Source: Daphnia carinata (taxonomy: Eukaryota). Taken from it: a stretch of 64,000 nucleotides of DNA. The notes beneath the pieces were generated by a model. It ran no database searches. It had not been told where the DNA came from and saw nothing but the letters and a program-made list of their open reading frames with translations. Below, in pieces: positions 35,201-47,131 of this stretch. A program made the position numbers and the translations under genes. Numbering within the stretch: position 1 is the first letter of the stretch; each line of letters starts with the position of its first letter. The stretch is from positions 6,200,001 through 6,264,000 of the forward strand of contig NC_081331.1 of NCBI RefSeq assembly GCF_022539665.2, in the 5' to 3' direction.

Positions 35201-38200
35201 TTCGCAGTGAGTTGAAACAACATTTTAGAACCACGTTTTTTGATCGTCGTGTGTTCGAAGAAAAACGTACGATTACACACACGAAACAATTGGAAGAAGA
35301 AGAAGAGGGAGACGCTATGGAAGAGGACGCGAATGTACACCATTGGGGTGAAACCCACAACTTTTGGACGAGGGGGAGTTCAAGACCGGAAGCGCGTCCC
35401 TTCCCCCCCTCGTGTACGTGTGTGTTGAAGAGCCATCTGCTCCTCTTTTCGTTAGGATGAGGCTTTTCCCACCCCTGCACATACACACACACACGTTCAG
35501 CTGCCATGTTGGTTTCGTCGTCGTTGTAGGCCTTTGGGGTACGTCGTCGTAGGAATGGCTCGTTGCACCCAACCCCCCTCCTGATGGCGCTACTTGATTG
35601 ACTGGACTTAGTGTGTACCCCGCCCGACGCCTCCCAACCTTTTTTAATGATGGTAAGAGTTGATGCCTTTTCTCTTGCTCTCCATGCTGGCGTTTGTTTT
35701 GACGATGACTCAGGTCTCTCCCCCCTTCATTTTCTCGTGAGAGTGTGGGGGGGGGGGTGAGTGGCGTCGGACTGTGTGACGTCATCGTGAATGGTATTGA
35801 TTTATACCCTGCCCCTCTTGCATTTTCCACACTGGCCTTGCGCAATGGCGCTCTCACGTGATCACTCGCGTGTTGACATGGTCGTCTTTTGCTGATGATC
35901 TTTAACATTCTGTAGCACGTAATTGTGAATGGGCCCTTATAAAATGGAGAGAAACTTCGTTTTAAAACAGAAAATGTGTGTTCCTTCTTTCCCCCCATTT
36001 CCACCATATAAGGCGTCATCGGTTAGGGTTTCTCGGTTGTGTGTCCGATGGAGAAATTCCTTTTCTCTCTCTTTAGGTTTTTTAGAAACCCTTCTTTTTT
36101 TTTTCTTATATATTTATTTTTTTCCTCTCTTTTTCGACTCTACACTCCGCCTCTTTGCCCACAGGGTTCATGTTCTACTGCATTCCTGAACCACCCACAG
36201 CCTCCTAGCTTGTTTTAGATATCTCTTCGTGTTTTTCCACTAAAAAAAAAGAGCTGGATTGATCCGTTCTTCTTCTGTTTCTAACCATAAATAAATACTT
36301 GTTAATCGGCGTGTTTCGAAATCATGACCATCCTGAGAAGAAAAAAAAACGCCATTCAAATGTGTATGTCCCAGTTTTAGAAATTGTTTTTCAGGTGGGA
36401 TCTTTTTTAAAAATTCATTTTAAGGGGGGATGCGAAATATATATTCTTTCCGGTGTCGGTAACACGAGCACTACACAAACAGGAAGAAGTTCTTCCGCGT
36501 CTCTCCCTCCCCGCCTTGAAAGAAAAAAGAAAATGGCGCGCGCTTAAGGGGGGAAGCAAACACGCCTGAAGGTGCAAGACCGGAAGTCAAATATTCCACG
36601 GTTTCCTATTCTTGTTTGAAAAAAAAAAATGTTAAAAAACATGACGAAGCCTTTCGTGTCGTGGTTCCGATATTCAATCGTTTTTAATTTTTCTTGTTCG
36701 AAAAAATTCTGGCACATAGCGGCCATCTTGAGGTCGCAAGAATGCGTGTGCTTATCTCTGGTTGGATATATGTGGCCCTCGTCTTCGTTTTTTTCTTCTT
36801 ACTTTTTTTTATGTATGCGAGAGAGGAAGCTGTTAGCCATGGGCACATTCCTGTGAACGCGGCAGAGAGAGAGGGGGAGAGGCATTTTCTAAAATGAACC
36901 CTCGGCAGCAGCAGCTGAAGCATTCTTCGTTCCATAGGCTTACCACCACCCATGCGTCCCTTGCCTCTTTTTTTTCTTCAAAGTTCTTCATTGGACCTCG
37001 CTTCACGAGGAGGGGTGGAAAAACAAGAAGTTTTCGTTCTCACCCGTCTTTCTTTCGTTTCCCCAACAACATTCGCATTTCTCACCGCTCCCCTCATCTT
37101 CCAAGCTCCGATTTCAAAAGACACACAGCATCCATCATCTGCTAGAGGATTTTTTTTAGGGCCCCCTAGACCCTGACCACTCCATTGTTTTCTTACACTA
37201 GAAAAAAAAATCTTATGCAATCGTCATCTTGTATGGTTCTTGTGTTTGTTAGTTTACCTGACAATGGTTTGCGTTTTCTTGACCATAGGATGACATGTAC
37301 GGTTCACTTACGCTTTTCCCACGGGTTTTCTTAAAAACTATTTTGTTACGTTCTATTCACCAGAGAACAAAAAGCGAGTGCATTGAATTTTGAAGTTGAA
37401 AAGAAATTTTGCAACAGGGAGGGGGGGGGAATGAAGAGGAAAACAACCGACTATTAGTTTGGTTAAAATCCCAAACGATGGAATTTAATGATGGTTAATT
37501 GAGAATAATGATTGTGATTAAAACATGTGAATCGATCGGAAAGCCTCAATTAAATCATTTTCTCTCCATTGACTGAATTTTTGTTCCCCTCCTTGAGAAA
37601 AAAAGAGAGAACTCTGTTGGTACTGGCGCAGCGCGTGGCCGCCATTTTGTAGACTCGATGAAAAAGAGCTTACAAAATGGCCGCCGACTCCATCATGAGT
37701 TCTGGCGCGCCCGCGTGCACTTCTTCAAAACTAAATTCTTTTTCATGCACATCGTTCGCGTAAACGTATTAAAATTAATTCACGATTTTTTGTTGTTGCT
37801 GATTATTTATTTGTTGAAGAAAATAATTGTTCGATCGCTTGCCAAAGTGTATCGAAAACATTATTTTGTAATTCACCAATAATGTAGTCGCCCAATGTTT
37901 TTCAAGTGTCGATTTTCTACTCCCCCCCTCTCTTGTCATCTGCTTGAGGGGGTGGAAGGATGCGGGGCCCCCTTTTTTTTCTTTCGTTTTCACGAGACCA
38001 TCTGGCGGTGATCGTGTCCCGCAACTAGGGGGGCTAGAAAATGTTTTGTAGAGAGGGGTGAGAGGGATGTTCTAGGGTGATCCATCACCTCTTTTTTCAG
38101 CAACAAACAACATGGTGAAAATTTTTGAAATAAAAAACGAGTGAGGGGGGAGGGAGAAAAGAAAGCGATTCGTTTCAAATGATGAGACTAGGGTTGAAAA

Positions 38201-41200
38201 ACGAGGGGCCCTCGGGCATCTATGGGGTAGGATAAAAAAAAACACCCTATTTTCGCCCGAGGGCTTCTGCTGAAAAAAATCAATACTTTTACCTCCCTAT
38301 TCCCCCCCTCTCTTGTCGGTATCAAGCAAACGGTCAAAGGTAAAAAAAAATCTATTCAGTAGAAATAGTGTCAACACTGGAAAGTTGAACCAGTAGTACT
38401 TAAACATTGTCGTTGTAGTTGATCCAATAGAAATTGAGCACGTCGAAGGTAAACCTATTAGCTGCAGAAACTCAATCCGTAGTAGGATCCATTGCCGTCA
38501 GCCGAACAAACGAGCGCATAAATTGATCATTTTTTTTTTAAGTTTAAATTTAGAAATGGAACAATTGCGTGATTTTGATTTATTTAATTTAAAAAATTTC
38601 ATTTTTAATGGGCCTATATCCAACTAGGGTTGCTTTCTTTTGCACTCCGCTAGGATTATTATTTTTATTTTCAAAATCATGGTGTAGAGAGTGCCACCTG
38701 GTGTAGACATTAGACACTTTTGCATTGGACTGCCAAAACGAAGTTTGAGCCAATAGTAAATTTAAAATAAGAAAAAAAAGAGGAGGAATGACTCAATAAT
38801 TTTCCTGATTTCTATATTTATATGCAGAGAGCTGGTGGCGCGGGTGATTTTGGAAACGCTGCGCTCGATTCCGGTTCCCGATGTTCATCATGACCTACGC
38901 AGAGTGCTGGCCATCATATCGCGCCTGGGCGAAGATTCAGGTATGACAGTGTGCGACGAAAATAATCATCATTATCATAACAACAATGCGGGCCATGCGA
39001 TTGGTTCTGGAAGGGAAAGAAAGACAAGAGGCGCCCGTTGATGGATGGGTTCCAGAGTGTAGTTAGCATTTCTTTTTCGTCGTCGGCGCGCACGCGTTTC
39101 GTGTCAAAAATCTCGGGTTGGTTTCGAAACACAAGAGTTTTGTGACTTTTCGGTTTTTAGAAGGCAATAGGATAGAGAGAGGGTGACTATTCTTATTTAT
39201 AGAAAAAGAAAACACCAGGAGAACGGGCGGGCTGGAACCCTCCCGCCCGGCTGCAAAGAGATGGATTGGCTAACGTCTTGTGTGTGTGTGTGTGTTGCCT
39301 ATTCCGGAATTGGATGCTGCTGCTGCTTGCCAACTATGTTTGTACGCTAGGATATAGTAACGTCGTAGTAGTGTGTGTTTCGAAGCTCCTCCCCAAGTCC
39401 AGTTTTTTTGAGTTTTGCTTCCTCATTGGTCCAATTTCGTCCCTTATTTTTTTTTTTCAAGTCCTCATTCTTTGCGTTGAGAAGAGATACAGACACACTG
39501 TGTATGTATGTCTAGGAAGAGTTGATTAGACTATGTGGAATACGCAGCAGCAGTTGTCGCGTCGAGAGAAGAAGACGGATGCGGCCCACTGATGCTAATT
39601 AAAAAATACCCGAGATTGGGAAAAAAAAAAGGAGGAGGTGGGGTGAGTAAGGAATAACTTGAGCTCGAACTTGCCTAGTGGCTGCTACCACCTCTAACTA
39701 TATAGATAGATAGTATAGTAAGACACACACACACATCTTTTGAGGAGGAGTTTCTTTTCTTGTCCCGGAGTAAAATTAGTGGGCAGGGATCGCAGAGTGT
39801 TTTAGTATCGCTCCCGCGCTCGCTTGCGTCACACCTCAAAAAACTTCTCTTCTCCTCTTCCGTCGTATCTCCTTCCGCACTCTCCGATGGGTTCCGGTGG
39901 CTACTCAAGAGCCCAATGTCATCATCTGAGGTTTGGTAGTACGTCACTTAACCCCCCCCCCGCGCCCGCCATTCCCGCCCAAAATCCATAATTCGAGTTT
40001 TTATTATTCAAAAGCTTGGGGAAGGAAACATCTTTTTGAACTTACCAGCTGTTTTTACGAGTTTCACCAGCCATTTTAAAAAGTGGAGGTGTCGTGAAAA
40101 AAAAAAGTTCTAGTCATCGTTTTAAAAAAGGGGGTTGAGGGGAGCAATGGTTCGCATCTTTGATGGCGCGTGCGGCTTGTTGTTAGGGCTTCGCACGTGC
40201 GCCACAAACACCCCCTTCTCCCTTCTGAACAGCGTTCATCCATCAACCGAGTCTGCCAATGAGTTGCTTAGACTCTTCTTCTTTTTCCTTTTTCATGTTC
40301 TCATTATCTTTTGCGTCTTGAAGCTATTCCGGCCTCTCCCCCCCCCTCCTTTTCCACCGTCTCTACCCAAGCGGAAAAGGGTTACGTCTTTGACGTGACT
40401 CTCCCTCCATCTTCACCAAGAAAAAGATGTGTCTACTCGATGAGCGGAAGTTCGTTAACACTGATGAGTGTAGAAAATGGAGGGAAAAAATCGAGTAGAC
40501 TTTAAACTAAACAAAAAATTGTATCTTTCTAGAACCTTCGGTGCGGGCTGAGCTGATGGAGCAGGTGCCCCACGTGGCCATGTATTGCCACGAGGAAAAA
40601 GATGAACATCAATGGATGCATTTGGTGCCATCGTTTCTACTTCCTCTGGTCGTCCGATACCTCACAGACGTCAACAATCAGGTACGTTTCTAATTTTCTT
40701 GTTTTCAAAAGGGCCGTTAATTTAAAGACACCAAAAAAAACATTAGGTGCGTAAAACTGCTCAAGCGGCTCTTTTGGTGCTTCTGGAACAAGAATTGGTG
40801 GCCCACAACGACGTCGAAGATCAAGTGTGCCCCCTGTTGTTGATGCTGACCAATGCCGACGCCCACGACGATTTCCGCACAGAAGCCGCAGCTGTAAGTT
40901 GTTTTTGTTAATTTTGTTTGTTGCGTTTTTCTTGTTGTTTCCAATTGCCGCGCAAATCCGTGAAAGGCGTCGGCATGAAAGACATGGGTAGTGAGATGTT
41001 GGCGTGGCAGTTCCACACCTCTCACTACTTTGTCGTTCATGTCGCGCTCTTTCTTCTTTCTTCGATGTTTAGTCATTGTGTTGCACACAGATCAACAACA
41101 AACTGATTTCGGGCCGTCAGAGTCGACTGGGAAATGCTGTCTAAAAACACTTTCGCTAACCACGAAACGTCAAGTCATATCACAGCCAGCTTTGACGAGC

Positions 41201-44200
41201 CGGGAATCGAGTCTCATTCATCCTTTCTCTTTTTGTTGTTCCAGTTAGTTTTTTTTTTTTATTCCATCGCCAGGAAATGCGGAGAGATCCGACATTCGCG
41301 CCGTTCGTCGGAATGGCTGTGGTGTGTTGCTTTTGGAAATGTTCATATCACAGCCATTCTAGATGCGCGGAGCTGCTGGAATATAAACAATACTTTCAAA
41401 ACAAGCAAAAACAAATGCTAACATTGTGCCGCTCGCAAAGTGGCTGTCGTGTGTCCCCATTCATTCAGCGTTTCATATCACAGCCAGCTTTGATGAGCGG
41501 AACATTTAGCCCAATAATAAAAAGTCTACCGGAAGAATAGAAAGCGCTTCATTGTTGTCCATTGTTTTGTGGGTTTTTACAAACGAGACTCGTGTCGGGT
41601 GTATTAGCTTGTCAGAGTGGTTGTGGTGTGTGTTTTGTCATACTCGTATCACAGCCAGCTTTGATGAGCGCTACGCTCGACTTGTTGCTTCGCATACCTT
41701 TTTGCTATTTTACCTGTGTGAATGTATCGATTTTGCATCTATTGTTTGTTTGTGTCTAACATTTGTGATTGTTTTCGCACGGCCGAAAAAGTTGATGTGC
41801 CGAATGGCCCCGTTGCTGGGCGGTGATTTGTCGCGTCGTGTTTTCCTTGAACGATTCGCCGCTTTGTCGGCTGATGGCCTCTTCCACGTCCGAAAGATCT
41901 GCGCCGCCAATTTTGGAGAGTTTTGTGCCGTCGTCGGTCAAGAGGTCACCGAGTCCACACTGGTATGTGTATTTCAAATTCTTGTGATCCATTTGTCTCT
42001 GTCGGAAAAGGATGTAATGTTCCCTTTCTTTTGGTACTTTTGTTTTAGTTGGACAAGTTTTACGCGCTGTGCCAGGACGAGCTGTGGGGCGTGCGCAAAG
42101 CCTGCGCCGAAGTGTTCATGAGCCTATCCCGTGTTGTCTCTGCAACGAAAAGACGCAACGATTTGGGTAGCCTCTTCGTCAACCTCCTGCAGGACGAGTC
42201 GCGTTGGGTTCGAATGGCTGCCTTCCAGGCTCTCGGACCTTTCATTTCGACCTTCTCACGAATGGAAACCGAGAACGAATCGACATCATCGCCGTCAGCA
42301 GCGCCCGTCGAACCAGCCGAATCGGAATCATCGATGGATCAATCGGATTTTAACTCATTTTATTTCTGGAGAGATCCTCTACCCCAATTGAATTTGACCA
42401 GCGAAACGAACGCAGATCAGCAGCCCGAAGAAAACAAAGAGTCCGTCTCGGATAGCGTTGAGAAAGCCCTAGAAGATTTAATGGCTCGCGTTGAACTTGG
42501 ACGTGGCGAGGCTCAACCGGCACCCGCTCCATCCAACGAACTCGTTCCAGAACCCGTTCACGCCTTTGACTTGAGGAGAGTTGCCTGTCAGGAATTGTTG
42601 GGAGGTCCCGTTGCCGTTAGCAAAGAAAATGGTGACACCACAGCATCAACGCCAAACGATTTATCTGGCGATTCGAAACCTACCAGTGATATCCAGCCGA
42701 CACTTCTCTCTTCTAGTATTACTACCTCTTTGGCGACAGTCATGTCGTCATCTTCTCTCTTTCAACCCAATCTTTTACCACCCGCCTACGTCAAGAGCAA
42801 TAATGATTTACCCACCACCGTCTATTCGAATTCATTTTGCCCGTACTATTCACCCCGACGGCGTTCCGATGGTGGCAGCATGAGCGGAGGTGTTGTCCTG
42901 GACACGTCCCGCTCTCGACCCTACAGTCCCTACGGATCGTCTTCAATGCGCTCTTCAATTTCTCTCAGTCAATCGGTTGTGCCCCAGAGTCTGATGGACT
43001 ATTACCTCCAAATGACGGATCCTTATTATGTCGAAACGGTCGACGCCGAAATCACCCGCCACTGCGCCTACAGTTTGCCGGCCGTCGTCTGCACCCTGGG
43101 CAAAGAGCACTGGCCGTTGCTACGCGACCTTTACACCACGCTGGCGTCGGACATGCAGTGGAAGGTACGCCGGACTCTGGCTTCGAGCATTCACGAGATT
43201 GGGGCCATTTTAGGCCAAGAAGTAGTGACGCAGGATCTGCTGCCCGTCTTTGACGGTTTCATTAAAGATCTGGACGAGGTACGCATCGGAGTGTTGAAGC
43301 ACTTGAGCGATTTTCTCCGCCTGTTGCCCGAAAGGGAACGACGCAGTTATCTACCGCGCTTGGCCGACTTCCTCAAGCTAGATAACGAACAGAACTGGCG
43401 CTTCCGTCAAGAGTTAGCCCTCCAACTACAGTCCGTAGTCGGTCTCTTTTCACCCGCCGACAGCGCTCAATCTATCTTGCCTCTAGCCCTAACACTGGCG
43501 TCCGATCGGGTCGCCGCCGTCCGTCTTCCTGCCTTCACACTCGTAAGTCTGATTGATTTATAGTATTTAACATTACAAATGAAAATGTTATCGTTCTCTC
43601 TAGGTTAGTCAAATAATGAAGCAGGTGTCTGAGAACAGCTGGGCCGAGGACGCCGAATCGATGCTCACTCCACTTCTGGCCGATCTAACGACTCGTTTCT
43701 GTTCCGGCAACCGATGGATGCTACGCCAGAGTTACGTCAACATCTGTAACCAGCTGGTGACGGACCGCGCGTTGCCTCTTGAAGAGTTTGCCAAACTGCT
43801 TCTCGCACCTCTGCTGGCCCTCAAACAAGACCGCGTACCCAATGTCCGGCTGGTCCTGGCCAGAGTCATCAATTTCCAGCTGAAATATCACGGTATCGGG
43901 AAATTTTTTTTAAATTAATTAAAGTAAATTAAAAATTTTAAAACTTAATTTTTGAACAGAGTTTTTTTCTGGATCGGATAGTCCGTACCGGGAATCGCTG
44001 GATGAGACGCTCAACCAATTATCCGCCGATAAGGATCGTGATGTCTCTTATTACGCCACGTAAGTTTTGATCAATTTATATTTATTCCGACCAAGATGTA
44101 TAAAAACAAAAAATTAATTATTAGGTGTTCCACAGTCAAACGGGATCAGACGCAGATCACTTCGGATCCGCTTCCTCCGACAGGGGAAAACGCTGCGTGA
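32273..44200 (+). CDS. PPP4R1: Serine/threonine protein phosphatase 4 regulatory subunit 1 (HEAT repeats); host of the miR-71/miR-2 cluster
   Basis: Approximate exons: 32273-32279, 32567-32641, 33413-33518, 38828-38940, 40533-40681, 40747-40893, 41792-41962, 42049-43543, 43604-43892, 43960-44059, 44125-44200. Motifs: EPSVRAELMEQVPH, NQ|VRKTAQAALL, FHVRKICAANFG, WGVRKACAE, HCAYSLPAV, LASDMQWKVRRTLA, DLDEVRIGVLKHL, DRVPNVR. Confidence 0.93.
40967..41047 (+). ncRNA. mir-71: microRNA precursor miR-71 (mature 5p ~40976-40998)
   Basis: TGAAAGACATGGGTAGTGAGATG matches the conserved miR-71-5p sequence. The complementary arm TCTCACTACTTTGTCGTTCAT at 41020-41040 closes a hairpin. Confidence 0.96.
41107..41205 (+). 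ncRNA. mir-2: microRNA precursor, miR-2 family variant (mature 3p ~41178-41200)
   Basis: TATCACAGCCAGCTTTGACGAGC is miR-2 with C at position 19. It pairs with the 5' arm at 41107-41136 across an ~39-nt loop. Confidence 0.9.
41301..41370 (+). ncRNA. mir-13: microRNA precursor, miR-13-like (miR-2 family; mature 3p ~41346-41368)
   Basis: TATCACAGCCATTCTAGATGCGC has the miR-2 seed plus the miR-13-type ATT after GCC. The 5' arm CCGTTCGTCGGAATGGCTGTGGTGTG at 41301-41326 is complementary. Confidence 0.9.
41425..41504 (+). ncRNA. mir-2: microRNA precursor miR-2 (mature 3p ~41476-41498)
   Basis: TATCACAGCCAGCTTTGATGAGC is the canonical miR-2a sequence. The 5' arm CCGCTCGCAAAGTGGCTGTCGTGTG pairs with it. 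Confidence 0.95.
41595..41680 (+). ncRNA. mir-2: microRNA precursor miR-2 (mature 3p ~41647-41669)
   Basis: A second TATCACAGCCAGCTTTGATGAGC copy. The 5' arm GCTTGTCAGAGTGGTTGTGGTGTG pairs with it, and the basal stem is TCGGGTGTA/TACGCTCGA. Confidence 0.95.
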
Positions 44201-45805
44201 TAGCCAAATAAAAAAAATGAACTGTACACATTCACACACTCATTCTTTTGCATGATGCCAACACACAACGAAAACTTGTACTCCCTCTCTGTGTTTTCTT
44301 CTCTCCCCCTACTTTTTTTTCCCTCTTCTATCTCTAAACATCTTTGATCTCTTCGTTTTTAAAACAAAAAGAAACATCCAACAACAAAAGGAGGTGGGGC
44401 GTGTGTAAACCAGAGCCAAAGTGTGTGCGTGTGTGGTGCCTTGTACAAACAAGACTATACCTGTGTGTGTGTGTGTGTTGTTACTAGTAAACTAGATGAA
44501 AATCACGATCACGCAATTGGTGCAGGCAAGAACGCATTAGCCTCGATTTCAAAACATTACAGAAACAAAAAAAAAAAAAATCATAATTTTTCATGTTTTC
44601 TCCTCCCTTTTTTTTTTAATCAAAATTTTTTTTCTTCGCTTGCCTATTTATTTTGCAAGCACAAATGTGTTGTGGGGGAGGGGAATTGTACAAGTTTGTC
44701 TGCTATGCCCTTACTGTGATGTGGTGGCAACCGCCACCTAACCTGATTGGTAGACGGAGAAGAAGAAGAAAAGGAAAAATACATCAAAAACAAATTTTTG
44801 TTGTTGCTGTTGTTGTTGTTGCCTACGCCGAAGTATTTCTTGTCATTTGGAACGCTCCCCAATATCATTTGGCTCGAAAGATTGTTTTAAAAAAAATGTA
44901 TTGTTTAATGAAGCCATCGATAAAATGCAAAAAGTGCAAACATCTTAATGAGGTAGAATGCAGACTGAGCTCTTGCTTTTAAAAGATTAAAAAGGAGTGC
45001 CCCCTTTTGCGATGTGCGCGGGAGCCTCTCGACCCCTCGTTGTTTGCTTCTGTAACAAGAGAAACGGTTCTATATTTATCAAATAAAAAAGCTGCAGTCC
45101 CCCCTTTTTTCTCTTAAGCAAGAGCCAGCTTTGAAAATAGATTTTTCTTAGCTGGTCATCAAGGGAGTGACGCTCAAATGGCGACAGACTCGATGAGAAG
45201 TGGAGAAAGAAAACGGGGGTGAAACAACACTATTTCGTGGGTTTGTTTCCCCTCATTTCCATTTATTTATTCTTTTAAAAAATGGAAAAACGATTCCATA
45301 GCTTCCGGTTGTACTTGAATTAGAAAAAGGAAAGGATTTCTGTTTTAACTGCTTTTCTCGAGTGGCGGTTGGTTCTCACGCTGTACGGCTAGAAGACCTA
45401 CGCCGCCATTACGAAAAAGGAATAAAATGGCGAAAAAGCGTAAACGATAAGTTCAAAACACTGTTTAAAAAAAAAAGACCAAAAATAATATTAAAGAAAA
45501 TGATGTTGTGACTTAAGTAAGCGTGAAATTCTTTTATTTTTATGGATTTTTTTAAGAGACGCAGATAGAAGAATGCTGTACCAATCACGTCAGGAGAGCG
45601 ACGATTGGCCGACATATCTTTCTGAGACGGTATTTCTATTCGGCAATAAGTTTAACTGTAAGCTGCGACTAGAGTTGGTAGAACAACCAAGGGCTGGGCT
45701 CCAAGTTTATTTCGGGCTTGGTTCTACGCAATCAGTTTGGCTTGGTTAATACCGTCAGCAAGTTTCTACTTCCCTGTTTCTAAGCCAGGGGAAGCTGTCG
45801 AAAAT

Positions 45806-47131
45806 ATGGCTGCTCGTTTTCTAGAAGATTACCTGTCTCGGAATCCTTGGCGAAACCCGCAAACAGATCATTCTGTCCAATTATTACGACCGAGGTGAGC
45901 GCGTGACTCATCTGGTCAACAAGAGTTGATCTTTTACGGGGAGGATTTTTCTAGGTAAATAACTTCATTTGCCCACGAAAGAGATGATCATCTCATTTGT
46001 GCCAGTCGACCATTTTGGGCGTCTTCCCAAACGGAGAGAGGAAGGGGAAACCATAAATAGTAAGTGACAACGCCGGACAAAAGGCGGGAAAACATCTACC
46101 GACATCTTGCAGAAAACAACAGAGTAATTCGATTTCGTATCTTCCCCAGTCGTATTGTACGTGTCCTTGTCTTTTTAATCAACTGGACGTGTAAAATGCC
46201 TAAATTGCTTTTCAGCTATTCGCCAAACTATTTTTCCATAGAAGACATTGTTCTCCAGGATGTCAGAGTATCGTGCAAGTTTGAAGTCTCTGTTCCCAAG
46301 TTGGGTAAAAACAAATATTTAAACTAACCCTTATTTAAACAGAACTTGTTAAACTGGATAGCCAATTCCACTCAACAAATTGAAATTTTCTCTCCCTAAA
46401 TGAATGCAGGCATGCTAGACCAGTCAGCTGATGACCAAGACCTCAAACAAGGCAGTAAAGTTGAATTGCCTTTTTGGATGGTACCAACTCTTCATGCCAA
46501 AAAAGTCATCACATTTGAAATTCCTAGACACTACAAAGTCAACTATAGGTAAATAAGTGTTTTTCAACTTTATTTTGTCATAAAATAATGTTTTCCTTGC
46601 TTGCTTCAGACAGATCCTTCAAGCTGATAGCATAGTTGTTGATCTCCACAAGTGGGGTCCCTATTTCTATGATCTAGGCCAGCATGTGGCTAACCTGGAA
46701 TTGAAGGATTCCATCGACATCAAGAAAAGCCTTGTTCAGGTTGATTTATTTTCACATAGTTCTCTGTCTTATAACTTTTACTGATTTAGAATATTTGCTG
46801 GTGCCAATCAGACACTTCTTAACCGACTAAGGCACATTATGGACATGTCCCAGCATTCCACGCACCATGAGACAGTACATCTTATTGCCAACTTGGATGA
46901 ATTAGAGAGGAAATTGTTTGCAGTGGGCCAGTTAAGCTACAGAAGCTACAAGGTGTGCTTTGTAAATGACATAGAAGGAGCCACTTCATGTAAATTTTAT
47001 TTATTTGTAAATTTTTTTTTCTATTTTATTTTTTTTTTAAGGAATGGGTTCGAAGAGAATCTAGCAAGATCAACACAGCTGCTCTTGTTGCCAGTCACAG
47101 AAAAAGGAAATTTGCTGAAGTTACAATTTAG
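45806..47131 (+). CDS. GINS3: GINS complex subunit 3 (Psf3)
   Basis: Spliced translation: SYSPNYFSIEDIVLQDVRVSCKF...PKLG|MLD...GSKVELPFWM...ILQADSIVVDLHKWGPYFY...RLRHIMD...LDELERKLF...ASHRKRK. Stop at 47129-47131. The first exon (45806-45894) is less certain. Confidence 0.9.

Noticed and set aside
35315..36019. 234-aa minus-strand ORF nested in the PP4R1 intron
   Set aside because: No recognisable domain; it runs through microsatellite and homopolymer tracts and regulatory-looking motifs, so it is likely a chance ORF.
41178..41669. Spaced direct repeats resembling a CRISPR array
   Set aside because: The context is a eukaryotic intron, spacing is irregular (130-170 nt), there are no cas genes, and each repeat is a miRNA hairpin arm.
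40918..41759. ORF-track peptides with repeated SQPAL / HITASFDE motifs
   Set aside because: They are translations of the repeated miR-2 mature sequence inside an intron, not a repeat protein.
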